From assembly GCF_006345805.1 (NCBI RefSeq), contig NW_021833935.1, forward strand, positions 1-52,720: a stretch of 52,720 bases of DNA, written 5' to 3'. How positions within the stretch are numbered: position 1 is the first letter of the stretch; each line of letters starts with the position of its first letter. Of the stretch, positions 11,891-23,398 are shown piece by piece. The DNA is from Octopus sinensis (lineage: Eukaryota). A model generated the notes under the pieces. The model ran no database searches and was not told the origin of the DNA. It worked only from the letters and a program-made list of their open reading frames with translations. Position numbers and translations under genes: made by a program.

Positions 11891-12881
11891 GAATTTTAAT
11901 TCTTAAAAATGGTTGATTTTGCAAAGCTAAAGTTCTTTGAATGATACAAATGAAAGGATGCCTTCAAGAAATGAGGGAGACCAAATTTGGTATGGGTCAC
12001 CAAATTTGGAGGCTACAATGTCCATAAGACGACAATAAAAGACATGTTCAATGTTTATTACCTTTCTTCAGAAATCTATGCAAACAACAACATCAAAGCG
12101 ATGATTTTGGGTCCGGTATAAAACTTTTAAGTAAGTCGAATTTACAAAAAGAAATGAAAAGCACAAAATCTATATAATCGAAGGAAGGTACGTACCTATG
12201 GTCATCACAAAAAATACTATCCAAAGAATACTAAGATTTACTCCTTTAAAAATCAAGTTTATTGCCCTCGCTCAATTTTCTGCGATTCGATCAGACAAAG
12301 GATGGCGAAACTCTTATTATTTCAAGTTCAAGTATAATTCTTTGACTGTGACAACAGTATTTAATGGTGTGTTAAATTATCAAGCAATGGTCTTTGGTTC
12401 CAGCCCTTTTAAAGTCTAATGACTGACCACACAAGGCACAGCCATTTCCAGCGACAACGCCAGACGACAACATCCATCCAACAGCATTACGGCAACCTCC
12501 TTCTTCGTCGCCACCATTATGTTCTTAACGTCGTCAACATCATCTCTCTATGTACACAGCTACTATATAGATAGATAGCAACTCGCCAGGTCTCAATATT
12601 GTACTGTTTGTGAATTACTTCACCATGCATTAACAGTGAATATACAACCTGCGAGAACTCCTGTACCAAGTAACCCAGGCAGCAACATTACAGCCACAGC
12701 TTTGTACGACATGTACCGCAACTCCGGCTCCGCATCACCGCTGCAACTTCTTGACACAGTATTTCCATTACCGTGTACAATTGTCTACGAACTGGTATTT
12801 CTCATTCTTGCGTCTAAGTCTTCATTATAGACTCTTTCCCCGTCTTCCTCTTTCCTATTCTTATATGTTCTTAACACAAGG

Positions 12882-13184
12882 TGAAGGGACATGGCCTAGT
12901 GGTTAGAGCAGCGGACTCGCGGTCGGGGGATCGCGGGTTCGAATCTCAGACCGGGTGATGTGTGTGTTTATGAGCGAAACACCTAAGCTCCACGCGGCTC
13001 CGGAAGAAGGTAATAGCGAACTTCCGCTGACTATTTCGCCACAACTTTCTCTCACTCTTTCCTCCAGCATCTTGCAGCTCACCTGCAACGGACCGGCGTC
13101 CTGCCCAGGCGGGGAACCTATGCGCCAAGGAAACCGGGAAACCGGCCCTTATGAGCCAGGCATGGCTTGAGAAGGAACAAACAA
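12882..13184 (+). mobile_element. tRNA-derived SINE family C with TSD
   Basis: TGGCCTAGTGG A-box, GGGTTCGAATC B-box. TSD CTTAACACAAGG (12870-12881) / CTTAACGCAAGG (13185-13196). Confidence 0.92.
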
Positions 13185-13191
13185 CTTAACG

Positions 13192-13360
13192 CAAGGCGGC
13201 GAGGTGGCAGAAACGTTAGCACACCGGGCGAAATGCTTAGCGGTATTTCGCCTGTCATTACCTTCTGAGTTCGACTTTGCCTTTCATTCTTTCGGGGTCG
13301 ATAAATTAAGTACCAGTCATTTTTCCCGGCGTGCTAACGTTTCTGCAAGCTCGCCACATT
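13192..13360 (+). mobile_element. SINE family A 5' part followed by an inverted copy of its own head
   Basis: Head at 13192-13230; reverse-complement head CCCGGCGTGCTAACGTTTCTGCAAGCTCGCCAC at ~13325-13357. Confidence 0.8.
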
Positions 13361-14056
13361 TTTGAAGGAAAATATTGAGCAGAATTATTCTTGGTAGTCT
13401 CATTCAGTACGTTGGGGCATCCATTCATTCCAAGTCTAAGTTATGTTTTTGCTTGGGACGAGAAACCTAGGACATGACGTTTGCAGTTCGTTAGTTGCAA
13501 GAAAATGGTTTGAGCAGGGACTACTTCTTCCAACTTTGCTTCATTGGCCTCTCTTTTTGGCCTGTGTTTGACATTAAACTGCATCCGGTAGAAGGGCTTT
13601 GGTATGAGAGTTCTAGTGTTCTGAGGAGCGTCTACTATTGTTCCAAATACTACTCAGACTCGACGCGAAATTTTTGTCCGACGAGAGTTCCGGACCCCAG
13701 TTATGAACTCATTTGCATACAGCTAATCAGAGCTCAACTTTCAAACTAATTTATGAGCGTATAACAAGTGATGGGCAATAAAATAAGGTCACTTGGGTAA
13801 GGAAGGACCATGCTTCTTTTCTCTTTTAATAATGCTTGTTGTCCTTGTTCTTGTTTCAACTATGGCTGCCTCTGCGAAATTATTTGTATTGTTGTTTACT
13901 TTGTAAAACGGTAAGGGGAAAGGGTCGCTTGCACATCACCCTCTACCCATATCTTTACCATTTGGAGCCCTAATAAAATCCGATAACAGGTATAGATGCA
14001 AATCTAATTACTTGTCTCCTTGTATATGTATATACGTATGTTTGTGTGTATGTATG

Positions 14057-14096
14057 TATAGATAGATAGATGGATAGATAGATAGATAGATGGATG

Positions 14097-14176
<80 letters not shown>

Positions 14177-14183
14177 CATAGAT
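14057..14183. repeat. (GATA)n microsatellite
   Basis: Direct repeat. Confidence 0.97.
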
Positions 14184-14597
14184 AGGTACGACAGTCAATC
14201 AGATTTCGTCTGCCAAATCCACTCACTAGTCATTGATCGGATTGGTGTTATAGCAGACGACAGTAGACCAAAGTACTTGAAAGGGAAAATGTAATAGAAA
14301 TTATGTATAATCAGATGGGTGCTAATGAAGGGGCAGAAAGAACCGGAATATGGCATATACAGTCATTATTCATTTAACGGCGGTGCATCAGCATGGCCGC
14401 AGCTAAGGGCTGAAACTACACCAAAATAAACAAAAATACTTTCTGCAAAATGCAGTTGTCATTGTTGTAAAAATGACACTTAGATATTAATATTCAAAAC
14501 ATGTATTTTGTCTGTTTTATTTGTAAATTAGGGACATGGGGTTCAAAACACGGAGGTTTTTGAGTAAACATGTGCCCAACAAATTTTGCATTGGTAT

Positions 14598-14986
14598 AAG
14601 CATGGCTGTGAGATTAAGAACCTCGCTTTCCAGCTACATGGTTTTGGGTTCAATCCTTCTTCATGGCCAGTGTTTCCTATATTCCCGAACCGCCCAAAGC
14701 CTTCAGCATGAATTTGGTAATTATAAACTGTATGGAATCCCATCGTATAGATATGCATGTATATGTCTATACACCTTTGTGCTTACGTTTGCCAACTCAC
14801 TCTCACCGTTTGATAATCGATGTTGGTTTGTTCACATTCCCTTAACCTAGCGGTTTGGCAAGAGATTCGATAGAATAAGCAACAGATTTTAAAATCAGAT
14901 TAGGATCGATTTGTTCGGCTAAAACACTTCAAGGCGATGCCCAAGCATGGCCGCAGCCCAATGACTGAAACGGGTAAAAGATCAAA
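14598..14986 (+). mobile_element. SINE family B, degenerate
   Basis: GGGTTCAATCC B-box; tail CAAGCATGGCCGCAGCCCAATGACTGAAACGGGTAAAAG. Confidence 0.8.
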
Positions 14987-16216
14987 GCTCTCTTGGAGAG
15001 ACTATATGAGTAATGTTGCAGCTGGAAGATTACTGAATGTTGAAAGCAGAGAATCTCTCTTACGACGTAGCTGATAGAGATGGATCATAATAAAATTGCA
15101 AAGGCTTCTACTCTGTGGAGACGAATGACTTGAGAAGAGAATACTTACAAACCGAAGTTACGAGACAGGAACTGTTTTAATTTGATCTGAGAAAAGTTAA
15201 TAGATACACAGGGAGTTCGTGCATTCTCAAGAAAATCAAATTAAACACGTAAAACTGAAACAAGAGAAATATATCTTATACATATCAATAATCTCTTCAA
15301 TGATTGATTTGTAACTTTCTAAAACTAGCTTTGTTAACCACTTAAGGGCTTGTGAAACAGAAAAGCTGATATATTTTCATGGAACAGCTGTAGTAATAGT
15401 GGTCTTTCTACGTAGTTTCCCAAGCGTGCAACTGTTTCTCTGCATTATCAGATCTAGTTGTGTTTCCTCAAGTGATTTGTAAATATTGTCCCCGTAAGTT
15501 CAAATTCTCGGATTCAAGAACATCCTCTCTGTCTGTCGTGGTCTGAACTTAGTAGTAGTCACTGAGTTTATCAAGATGTGTTGTTGCTAAAGGACCATTG
15601 GCAAACTGCTTTGAATGTGTTGATGTAGTGCCCAAGTGATAGTACGTATATGGATGTTATAGGACGATTCTTAAAGGTCAGCTAAGGACAATCGCATGTG
15701 AAACCAGCCATGAAGAAATCCACAGTACAATGAAATCAAATGCCAATCTCTTTAAAAGGGCAACCATTTTAACTGTAGCAGAATCACCATCCCACTACAT
15801 CTACTCATTCAAAGCAGTTTGCCAACAACACACCTTGGTAAACTCAGTGAATCCTACTAAATCAAGGCCACGACAGAAAGAGAGGATGTTCTTGCAGCCT
15901 AGAATTTGAACTTAGTAGGCAATATTTACATATCGCCTGGGGAAACACAACTAGATCACATAATACTGGGAAACGGTTGCATAATCAACTTGGAACACTA
16001 CGTCACGTGGAAACAACTGTAATAATTCAAAATAAATGTCCAACCGTACGCCTTCTTGTTGACACCAAATCTTTTTAGTTATCTTTTCAAACACGACAGA
16101 TGCCCAAATGCAAACCTGGAAGTATGTATGATACTACTACAGAATGGCACAGGGTGGAATGTGAAGGTGGACGAGCTTTATACTGTACTCTACTACGTTC
16201 TTAACAGAATATACCA

Positions 16217-16274
<58 letters not shown>

Positions 16275-16278
<4 letters not shown>

Positions 16279-17556
16279 GTCATCCCATAAATAATGCGGC
16301 TTTTTATACTTCTTTATTTTTCAAAATTACGATAAATAAATTTCTTTTTAAATCTAAAATATACTCTCTTTCATTTTATAGAATGTTCTTCCATCTATCT
16401 GGTAGACTTGCAAAGCCCCTCTTCAAAAATTCACTTGTCCATGACGAAAAATACGCTTGCAGTACTGTTCTGACCTCGTCTGCACAATTCCTATTTTTTC
16501 CGTCCAAATGATTTTGAAGACTGCGGAATAAATGATAATCAGATGGAGCAATATCTGACGAATATGATGAATGGGGCATCGTTTCCCGTTCAAACTGCTC
16601 CAGCCTTTGGAATGCCATCTTTGCCGTAAGTGGCCGAGTATTATCCTGATAGAAGAACACCTTTCGTCTTGAAAACAAAGATGGTCGTTTTTCTTCTAGC
16701 GCTGACTTAAGCTGTTAAGCTGCTCGCAGTAGATCTCCTTTGTTATTGTTTGGTTTGATTTGGGTTTAAAAGTTCAAAGTGGACCAAACTTTTCATATCC
16801 CGCTAAACAGATAACAACCTCTTACGTGAGTGAAGACCTTCTTTAGCCTGGGATGCCGGTGTTTCTCCTTTCCTTACCCACTGCCTTCGGCGCTTGACAT
16901 TTTTATAGAGAACCCATTTCTCGTCACCAGTCACTATTCGGTTCAAACAAGATTCATTCGTGAGGTGTGACAGCAAAGAAGAACACACATTCACTGTCTA
17001 CGCTCGATTAGACTTAAAAAGCTTGTGAGGACACATTGACCCAATTTGCTGGTTTTCTGATGGGACGCAGGTGTCGATGAATGGCTGAATAACCAAATCC
17101 AAACTTCTCTAATAGTTCCTCAACATTTACGATGGGATTTTGTTCCACTAGGATACGCAGGAGGTCTTCGTCGAGCTCGACAAATCTTCGAGGATGAGGC
17201 TCGTCTTCTAGGCTACAGTTTCTGGCTCGGAATTTCTGGAACAACCAATGACACTGGCTTACGCTTATTTTCCGATCCCCATATACTGCATTATTATTCC
17301 TCGTGCTTTCTGCTGTGTTGATGCCTTTATTGAACTCATAAAGCAAAATATGCTGAATATGCTCTTTTGTCACTTCCATTATAGCTTTGAACAAATAACT
17401 GCTAAAATCGAACTGCACTCTTCAAACCTTGCACTAAGAATAAGTACAAGATAAAATTACTACCAGCTTTTATAGCAAGTTGATGCAGGTAGTTTATCCC
17501 CACCCATCTCGGACTTTTACTTCGTGCAATTGAAAAACCGCATTGTTTATGAAATG

Positions 17557-17562
<6 letters not shown>
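16275..17562 (-). mobile_element. Full-length (1288 bp) mariner transposon, DD34D, defective
   Basis: TIRs TTGTGTCATCCCATAAATAATGCGGCTTT / TAGGGTCATTTCATAAACAATGCGGTTTT, (TA)n on both sides; transposase remnants inside. Confidence 0.95.
16376..17379 (-). pseudogene. Mariner transposase pseudogene
   Basis: MEVTKEHIQHILLYEF HTH, IVTGDEKW, QDNTRP-(34 aa)-SDY giving DD34D; broken into at least three frames. Confidence 0.93.
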
Positions 17563-17594
<32 letters not shown>

Positions 17595-17619
<25 letters not shown>

Positions 17620-17752
17620 CAGACGTGGCTGTGTGGTGAGAAGCTTTCTTCCCAACCACATAATTTCGTGTTGAGGCCACTGTATGTCACTTTAGGCAAG
17701 TATCTTGAAATGAGTAGATTTGGTAGTCGGAAACCGAAAGAAGTCTGTCGTA

Positions 17753-17823
<71 letters not shown>

Positions 17824-18072
17824 TGTGTGTATGTGTGTGTGTAAGTATATATATTTATATCTGTGTTTGTCCTACCACCATTGCTTGGCAACCGATGTTG
17901 GTGTGTTTCCATCCCTGTAAGCTAGCGGTTCATCAAAGGAAACCTATAGAATAAGCACTAGGCTTACAAAGAATAAGTCTTGGGGTCCATTTCTTTGATT
18001 AAAACCTCTGAAGACAGTGCTCCAGCATGGCAGCAATCAAATGACTGAAACAAGTAAAAGAATAAAAGAATA
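17595..18072 (+). mobile_element. SINE family B with internal microsatellite
   Basis: tRNA-like head, TTAGGCAAGTATCTT core, internal TA/GT tract, tail GTGCTCCAGCATGGCAGCAATCAAATGACTGAAACAAG. Confidence 0.88.
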
Positions 18073-18194
18073 TGTGCTTGCATATATATATATGTATATG
18101 TGTGTGAGTGCATGTATATATACATATACTAACTTCTTACACCTGAATCCTGGGATCTTATATTTACATATCATTATGTATATTTCTTCCGGCT

Positions 18195-18370
18195 ATATTT
18201 CATCAGGTTGAACCGTTAATCCCTACACATTTTCTCCCCTTTTTTTCCGTTCTGTCACTGGTTTTTCCCCCTCTTAATCCTTTCTGTCGGAGAGCGTAGG
18301 ATCAAAACGTCAAGACTTTTTCATACTTCACGGGCGTTAAACTAGAACACCTTGATTCTTCACCTCCATG
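18195..18370 (+). mobile_element. Penelope-pLTR-like repeat with a degenerate hammerhead-like motif (18280-18316)
   Basis: CTTT-CTGTCGG-A-GAGC(GTAG)GATC-AAAA-CGTC-AAGA; homologous to 30430-30580 and 50175-50400. Confidence 0.55.
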
Positions 18371-18371
18371 G

Positions 18372-18431
<60 letters not shown>

Positions 18432-18434
<3 letters not shown>

Positions 18435-18828
18435 TAATAGTTATCGCCGAGCTAACATGACAGTCCAGAAAAATACAACGAATGCTGCCGTTGATTAGCT
18501 TCAAGAAGCCATCGTCTCTAGCTAGATATGTGACACTCAAACCTGTGTCCATTAGAACATTCGAACAGGGGAGGTCAGCCGCTTCTTTTGCTAGCCTGGC
18601 ATCTACAGGCTAGTTTCAGGATATTTGTCCCTTATCAATGTAGAGTAACCGAACCCAGCAAATGCAATGAAACTAGTCTGTAGATGCCAGACCAGCAAGA
18701 GGAAGCGGCTAAGCTCCCCTCTTCGAAGGTTATAATGGACACAGGTTCGCGTGTCACATAGCTAGCTAGAGGCAGCATTCGTCCTATTTTTCTGGACTGC
18801 CATGTTAGCTTGGCAATAGCTATTAATA
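18432..18828. mobile_element. Fold-back element with long inverted arms
   Basis: Arms 18432-18618 and 18668-18828 are reverse complements (one ~26-nt indel in the left arm); 49-nt spacer. Confidence 0.88.
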
Positions 18829-18881
18829 TCCAGTACCGCTGCTGTAGTCTCCTTTAGAGAGACTTAGAAATATTAATATAT

Positions 18882-18947
<66 letters not shown>

Positions 18948-19009
18948 CGTATAAATATATGTTCAAGCCCAATTGTGGTTATCTGCCTTACTACCTCTAT
19001 ACGTACATG

Positions 19010-19318
<309 letters not shown>

Positions 19319-19597
19319 TTGAGAGTACTCAAGCAGCAGTACAGGGTCTTATCGGAAGTAGCCATCATAAGATTCTCTCATTGAGTTCCCATCCGTGACC
19401 AACTGAGATTATAGATATTGCTCACTCAGCTTGTTCTTGGTCTACCTCTGGATTCCCTGCTGGTTGGCTCGACTTGAAGAAATCGCCTTGCGACTCTTTC
19501 CTTCCACATTCTAATCTCATGTTCATATAACTTTACAGACGATTTGTATGTCACCTTCTTCATTTCAGGAATTATAAGCTTTCAAAGCTTTCTCACA

Positions 19598-19784
19598 CAC
19601 GTGTGCCGTGAGATGAGAAGTTTGCTTCCCGACCACATAGTTCCGGGTTCAGTCCCAGTGAGTGTGGCAACTTGGCCAATGTCTTCTAAAAATAGCGTCG
19701 AGCCGACCCAAAGCTTTGTGCTGAACTCTATAGCGAAAAATTGAAAGAAACTCCTCGTGTGTGTGTTGTGTGTGTGTGTGTGTG

Positions 19785-19817
<33 letters not shown>

Positions 19818-20108
19818 TGTGTGTGTTGTGTGTGTGTGTGTATGCTTGTTTGTTTCCCACTCCCCACTTCTGTTTGACACCCGGCAATGGTGATTTTACG
19901 ACCCCGTAACTGAGCAGTTCGTCAAAAGACGGACCGGTAGAATAATGACCAAGCTTAGCAAAAAACAAAAAAATTATCAAGAACCCCCCCCCAAAAAAAA
20001 AACCCAAAAAACAAATGTACTTGGGCGAATTCGTTCGACTAAAATTCTTCAAGTCGGTGCCCTAGCTTGGCCGCAATTTAATGACTGAAACATGTAAAAG
20101 AAGATAGA
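19598..20108 (+). mobile_element. SINE family B, degenerate
   Basis: GGGTTCAGTCCC B-box, CCAAAGCTTTGTG core, internal GT tract, ATGACTGAAACATGTAAAAG tail. Confidence 0.8.
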
Positions 20109-20399
20109 ATAGAAAACTCCTCTGATTCATGCAATCGTTTTTTTATTAAGTCCTCTGGATTGCTTCCAATTCAGTAATGAGAATGGCAGTATTTGGCAAC
20201 CAAAGTTTAAAGTAATATTCAAGTGATTGAGAACAAAAAGTTTTCAGTGAATAAGCATGACCTATTGTGCTTACGTTGCGATTGTTCTCAAGATCTAAGA
20301 ATATTCATGGCAAAAACAGGCATGTTTTGGCTATTTTCTTACCAAGCAAATGAAACGGTGCAACAATCAGTATTAATATCGGCTTCAAATTTTGGCACA

Positions 20400-20597
20400 A
20401 GGTCAGCATTTTCAGAGAAGGGGTAAAGTCGATTACATCGAACCCAGTGTTCAAATGATACTTATTTCGTCGACCCCGAAAGGAGTGAAAAGACAAAGTC
20501 GACCTCGGTGGCATTAGAACTCAGAGCATAAAAACCGACGAAATGTCGCTAAGCATTTTACCCGGCGTGCTAACAATTCTGCCAGCTCAACGCCTTG
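20400..20597 (-). mobile_element. SINE family A variant
   Basis: Reverse complement of head and GTCGAC-rich body. Confidence 0.8.
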
Positions 20598-20689
20598 CTT
20601 AAGATAGTTATATTGGTCTCAAATTTTGACACAATACCAGCAATATCCAATATTGGAGGATTGACAGTAAAGCACTTGAAACTTGAAAC

Positions 20690-21030
20690 CGAGGGATAAC
20701 GGCGAAGCAACTTTATTCAACATTTAACTTATTTTGTAAGGATTACATAGAGTGATCTCCCTTCCTTCCAAGAATTGCCTCATTTTGTACAGCAGACATG
20801 TTATATTCTCTTTAATGATTCTGTAGAACACTTAAGGGTTAATTCTTTTCTACATTATTTACAACCCGGGTCTCCTTTATTTCTCTCATTTTCAAGGAAG
20901 TGTTTTTTTGTTATTTTCGATGCTAAGTGATATTTTTAACAAGATTCCGCGCTCTTCCATTGATTTGCTTATTTAAGCTATCGGAGATCCTTCTTCTTCT
21001 TCGTCGTACGAGGTTATTCTCCTACGGCTA
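20690..21030 (-). pseudogene. Short CR1/L2-like ORF2 linker fragment
   Basis: 20940-21010 aligns by eye with 2953-3020 of the LINE at 1510-3290 (GCTTATTTAAGCTATCGGAGATCC vs GCCTATTTAAGCAATGTGAGACC). Confidence 0.4.
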
Positions 21031-21229
21031 TGGTTGTTCCTTTCTACACAATCGAACTTTCTTATTGGATAATACTTAATGAAATTGCATTATTGACAGA
21101 ACTTCTCTTAGTTTTATAGCATCGTCTTTCAGTTACAATGTTTAAGGCCAGTATATCTTCATTGTTGATTGATTTCCACTGACTCTTAAGAAAATTAACT
21201 TTGTACAGAGTTGGTATTATTTGGTGGGA

Positions 21230-22480
21230 TGAAGGCGGTGAGCTGGCAGAATCGTTAGCACGCCGGACGAAATGCTTAGCGGTATTTCGTCTGCCGCTAC
21301 GTTCTGAGTTCAAATTCCGCCGAGGTCGACTTTGCCTTTCATCCTTTCGGGGTCGATTAAATAAGTACAAGTTACGCACTGGGGTCGATGTAATCGACTT
21401 AATCCGTTTGCCTGTCCTTGTTTGTCCCCTCTGTGTTTAGCCCCTTGTGGGTAGTAAAGAAATAGGTATTTCGTCTGCCGCTACGTTCTGAGTTCAAATT
21501 CTGCCGAGGTCGACTTTGCCTTTCATTCTTTCGGGGTCGATTAAATAAGTACTAGTTACGCACTGGGGTCGATACAATTGACTTAATCCGTATGTCCTTG
21601 TTTGTCCTCTCTGTGTTTAGCCCCTTGTGGGTAGTAAAGAAATAGGTATTTAGTTTGTCTGTGAAGGCGGTGAGCTGGTGGAAACGTTAGCACACCGGGC
21701 GAAATGCTTAGCCTGTATTTCGTCTGCCGTCACGTTGTGAGTTCAAATACCGCCGAGGTCGACTTTGCTTTTCATCCTTTCGGGGTTGATAAATTAAGTA
21801 CCAGTTACGCACTGGGGTCGATGTAATCGACTTAATACCTATGTCTGTCCTTGTTTATCCCCTCTATGTTTAGCCCCTTGTGGGTAATAAAGAAATAGGT
21901 ATTTCGTCTGCCCTTACTTTCTGAGTTCAACTTCCGCCGAGGTCGACTTTGCCTTTCATCCTTTCGGGGTCGATAGATTAAGTACCAGTTATGCACTGAG
22001 GTCGATATAATCGACTTAATCCGTTTGTCTGTCCTTGTTCGTCTCCTCTGTGTTTAGCTCCTTGTGGGTAGTAAAGAAATAGGTATTTCGTCTGCCGCAA
22101 CGTTCTGAGTTCAAATTCCGCCGAGGTCGACTTTGCCTTTTTTCCTTTCGGGGTCGATAAATTAAGTACCAGTTGCGTATTGGGGTAGATCTAATCGACT
22201 GCCCCCTTCCCCCAAATTTCGGGCCTTGCGCCTAGAGTGGAAAAGAATATTGAAGTAGGGATAAGGCGACGAGCTGCCAGAAACGCTAGCACTCCGGGCG
22301 AAATGCTTAGCGTTATTTAGTCTGTCTTAATGTGCTTAGTTCAAATTCCGCCGAAGTCTACTTTGCCTTTCATCCTTTCGGAGTCGATAACTTAAGTACC
22401 AGTTGCTTGCTAATCGATCTAATCGATTGGCTTCCTTTCCAAACATTTCGGGCCTTGTGCCTAAAGTAGAAAGGATTATT
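21230..22480 (+). mobile_element. Head-to-tail array of SINE family A units
   Basis: Heads at ~21232, ~21663 and ~22261; headless units restart at GGTATTT at 21465, 21645, 21898 and 22082 (period 180-184 bp). Confidence 0.93.
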
Positions 22481-22487
22481 TGGTGGG

Positions 22488-23084
22488 ATGTTGAGCTACA
22501 TGTTCTCTTGGATAATTCAGTGGAAAGTCAACGGCTATTTAGCGTTAGAGCGCGGGAATAAAGAAATAAACGAGTTAGTAACTGAGTGCGAAATAAAACT
22601 ATTGGAAGAGACGGGAATCTAGGCTGTTTAAGAGATGAAAGATTTCAAATTCACACTCTTCACTATCTTACTGGTAAGGCTGTGGTCCGCAGTTGTATGG
22701 AAACAACGGTCGAATAGTCTCATTTATGGGTTCGGAAGGATAGCAGACAATTAAAGAAAACAACCCTCATAGAGATATCAGGGTGAAACCTGCAGAGTGT
22801 TTCTTTTGAATCTTTGTCTAGTTTTCAGTACCTTCTACATTTAGTTTCACTTCCAACTGTTCAAAGCAACTTTTGTAGCTGGATTTAAAGGTCTCAAGAC
22901 AAGAAAGTGTGGATGATACAATGCAAGTTTTTCCCCCCACCTAAAATTAGATTACACGCAAGTCGTGACTTTGAACCCAACTGACCCTAAAATTTTAGAA
23001 CTGCAACACAGATACTTGGCCATTAATTGTGTCTCTTGGGATATCACGTATGTTTACGACAACGAAATTCTGCTACTTCCGTAA
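22488..23084 (+). pseudogene. Unidentified decayed two-exon coding-like fragment
   Basis: Frame 22488-22673 joined through GTAAGG...CCTTCTACATTTAG to 22845-23084 gives ~142 codons with 3 internal stops; no family recognised. Confidence 0.25.
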
Positions 23085-23087
23085 CTC

Positions 23088-23250
23088 TTTCTTATTTCTT
23101 TATTGCCCACAAAAGGCTAAACATAGAAGGGACAAACAAGGACAGACAAACAGATTAAGTCGATTAATCCGTTAGTCAGTCCTTGTTTGCCCACAAAAAT
23201 AACGGCAGACGAAATACCGCTAAGCATTTCGTCCGGCGAGCTAATGATTC
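23088..23250 (-). mobile_element. SINE family A with internal fold-back rearrangement
   Basis: Tail and head present; body replaced by an inverted duplication 23134-23158 / 23164-23188. Confidence 0.82.
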
Positions 23251-23256
23251 TGTACT

Positions 23257-23398
23257 CGGACATTTGTCCTCATCTTGCTTGTTGTTAACACAACATTTCG
23301 GCTGATATATCCTCCAGCCTTTTTCTGGTCTCTTGGGGAAATTTCGAACCTGGGTTCTCATTCTTAAGGTATTTTTCGATGCTATTATTATTATTATT
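23257..23398 (-). mobile_element. 3' part of the hammerhead-like tRNA-headed SINE
   Basis: Homologous to 25222-25385; stem II GGCTG/CAGCC and GAAATGTTGTGTT retained, core decayed. Confidence 0.8.

Noticed and set aside
12889-12955. tRNA gene (also considered at 4250-4320, 25731-25797, 35440-35555, 46812-46880)
   Set aside because: A/B boxes are present but the acceptor stems do not close, and each continues into a SINE body.
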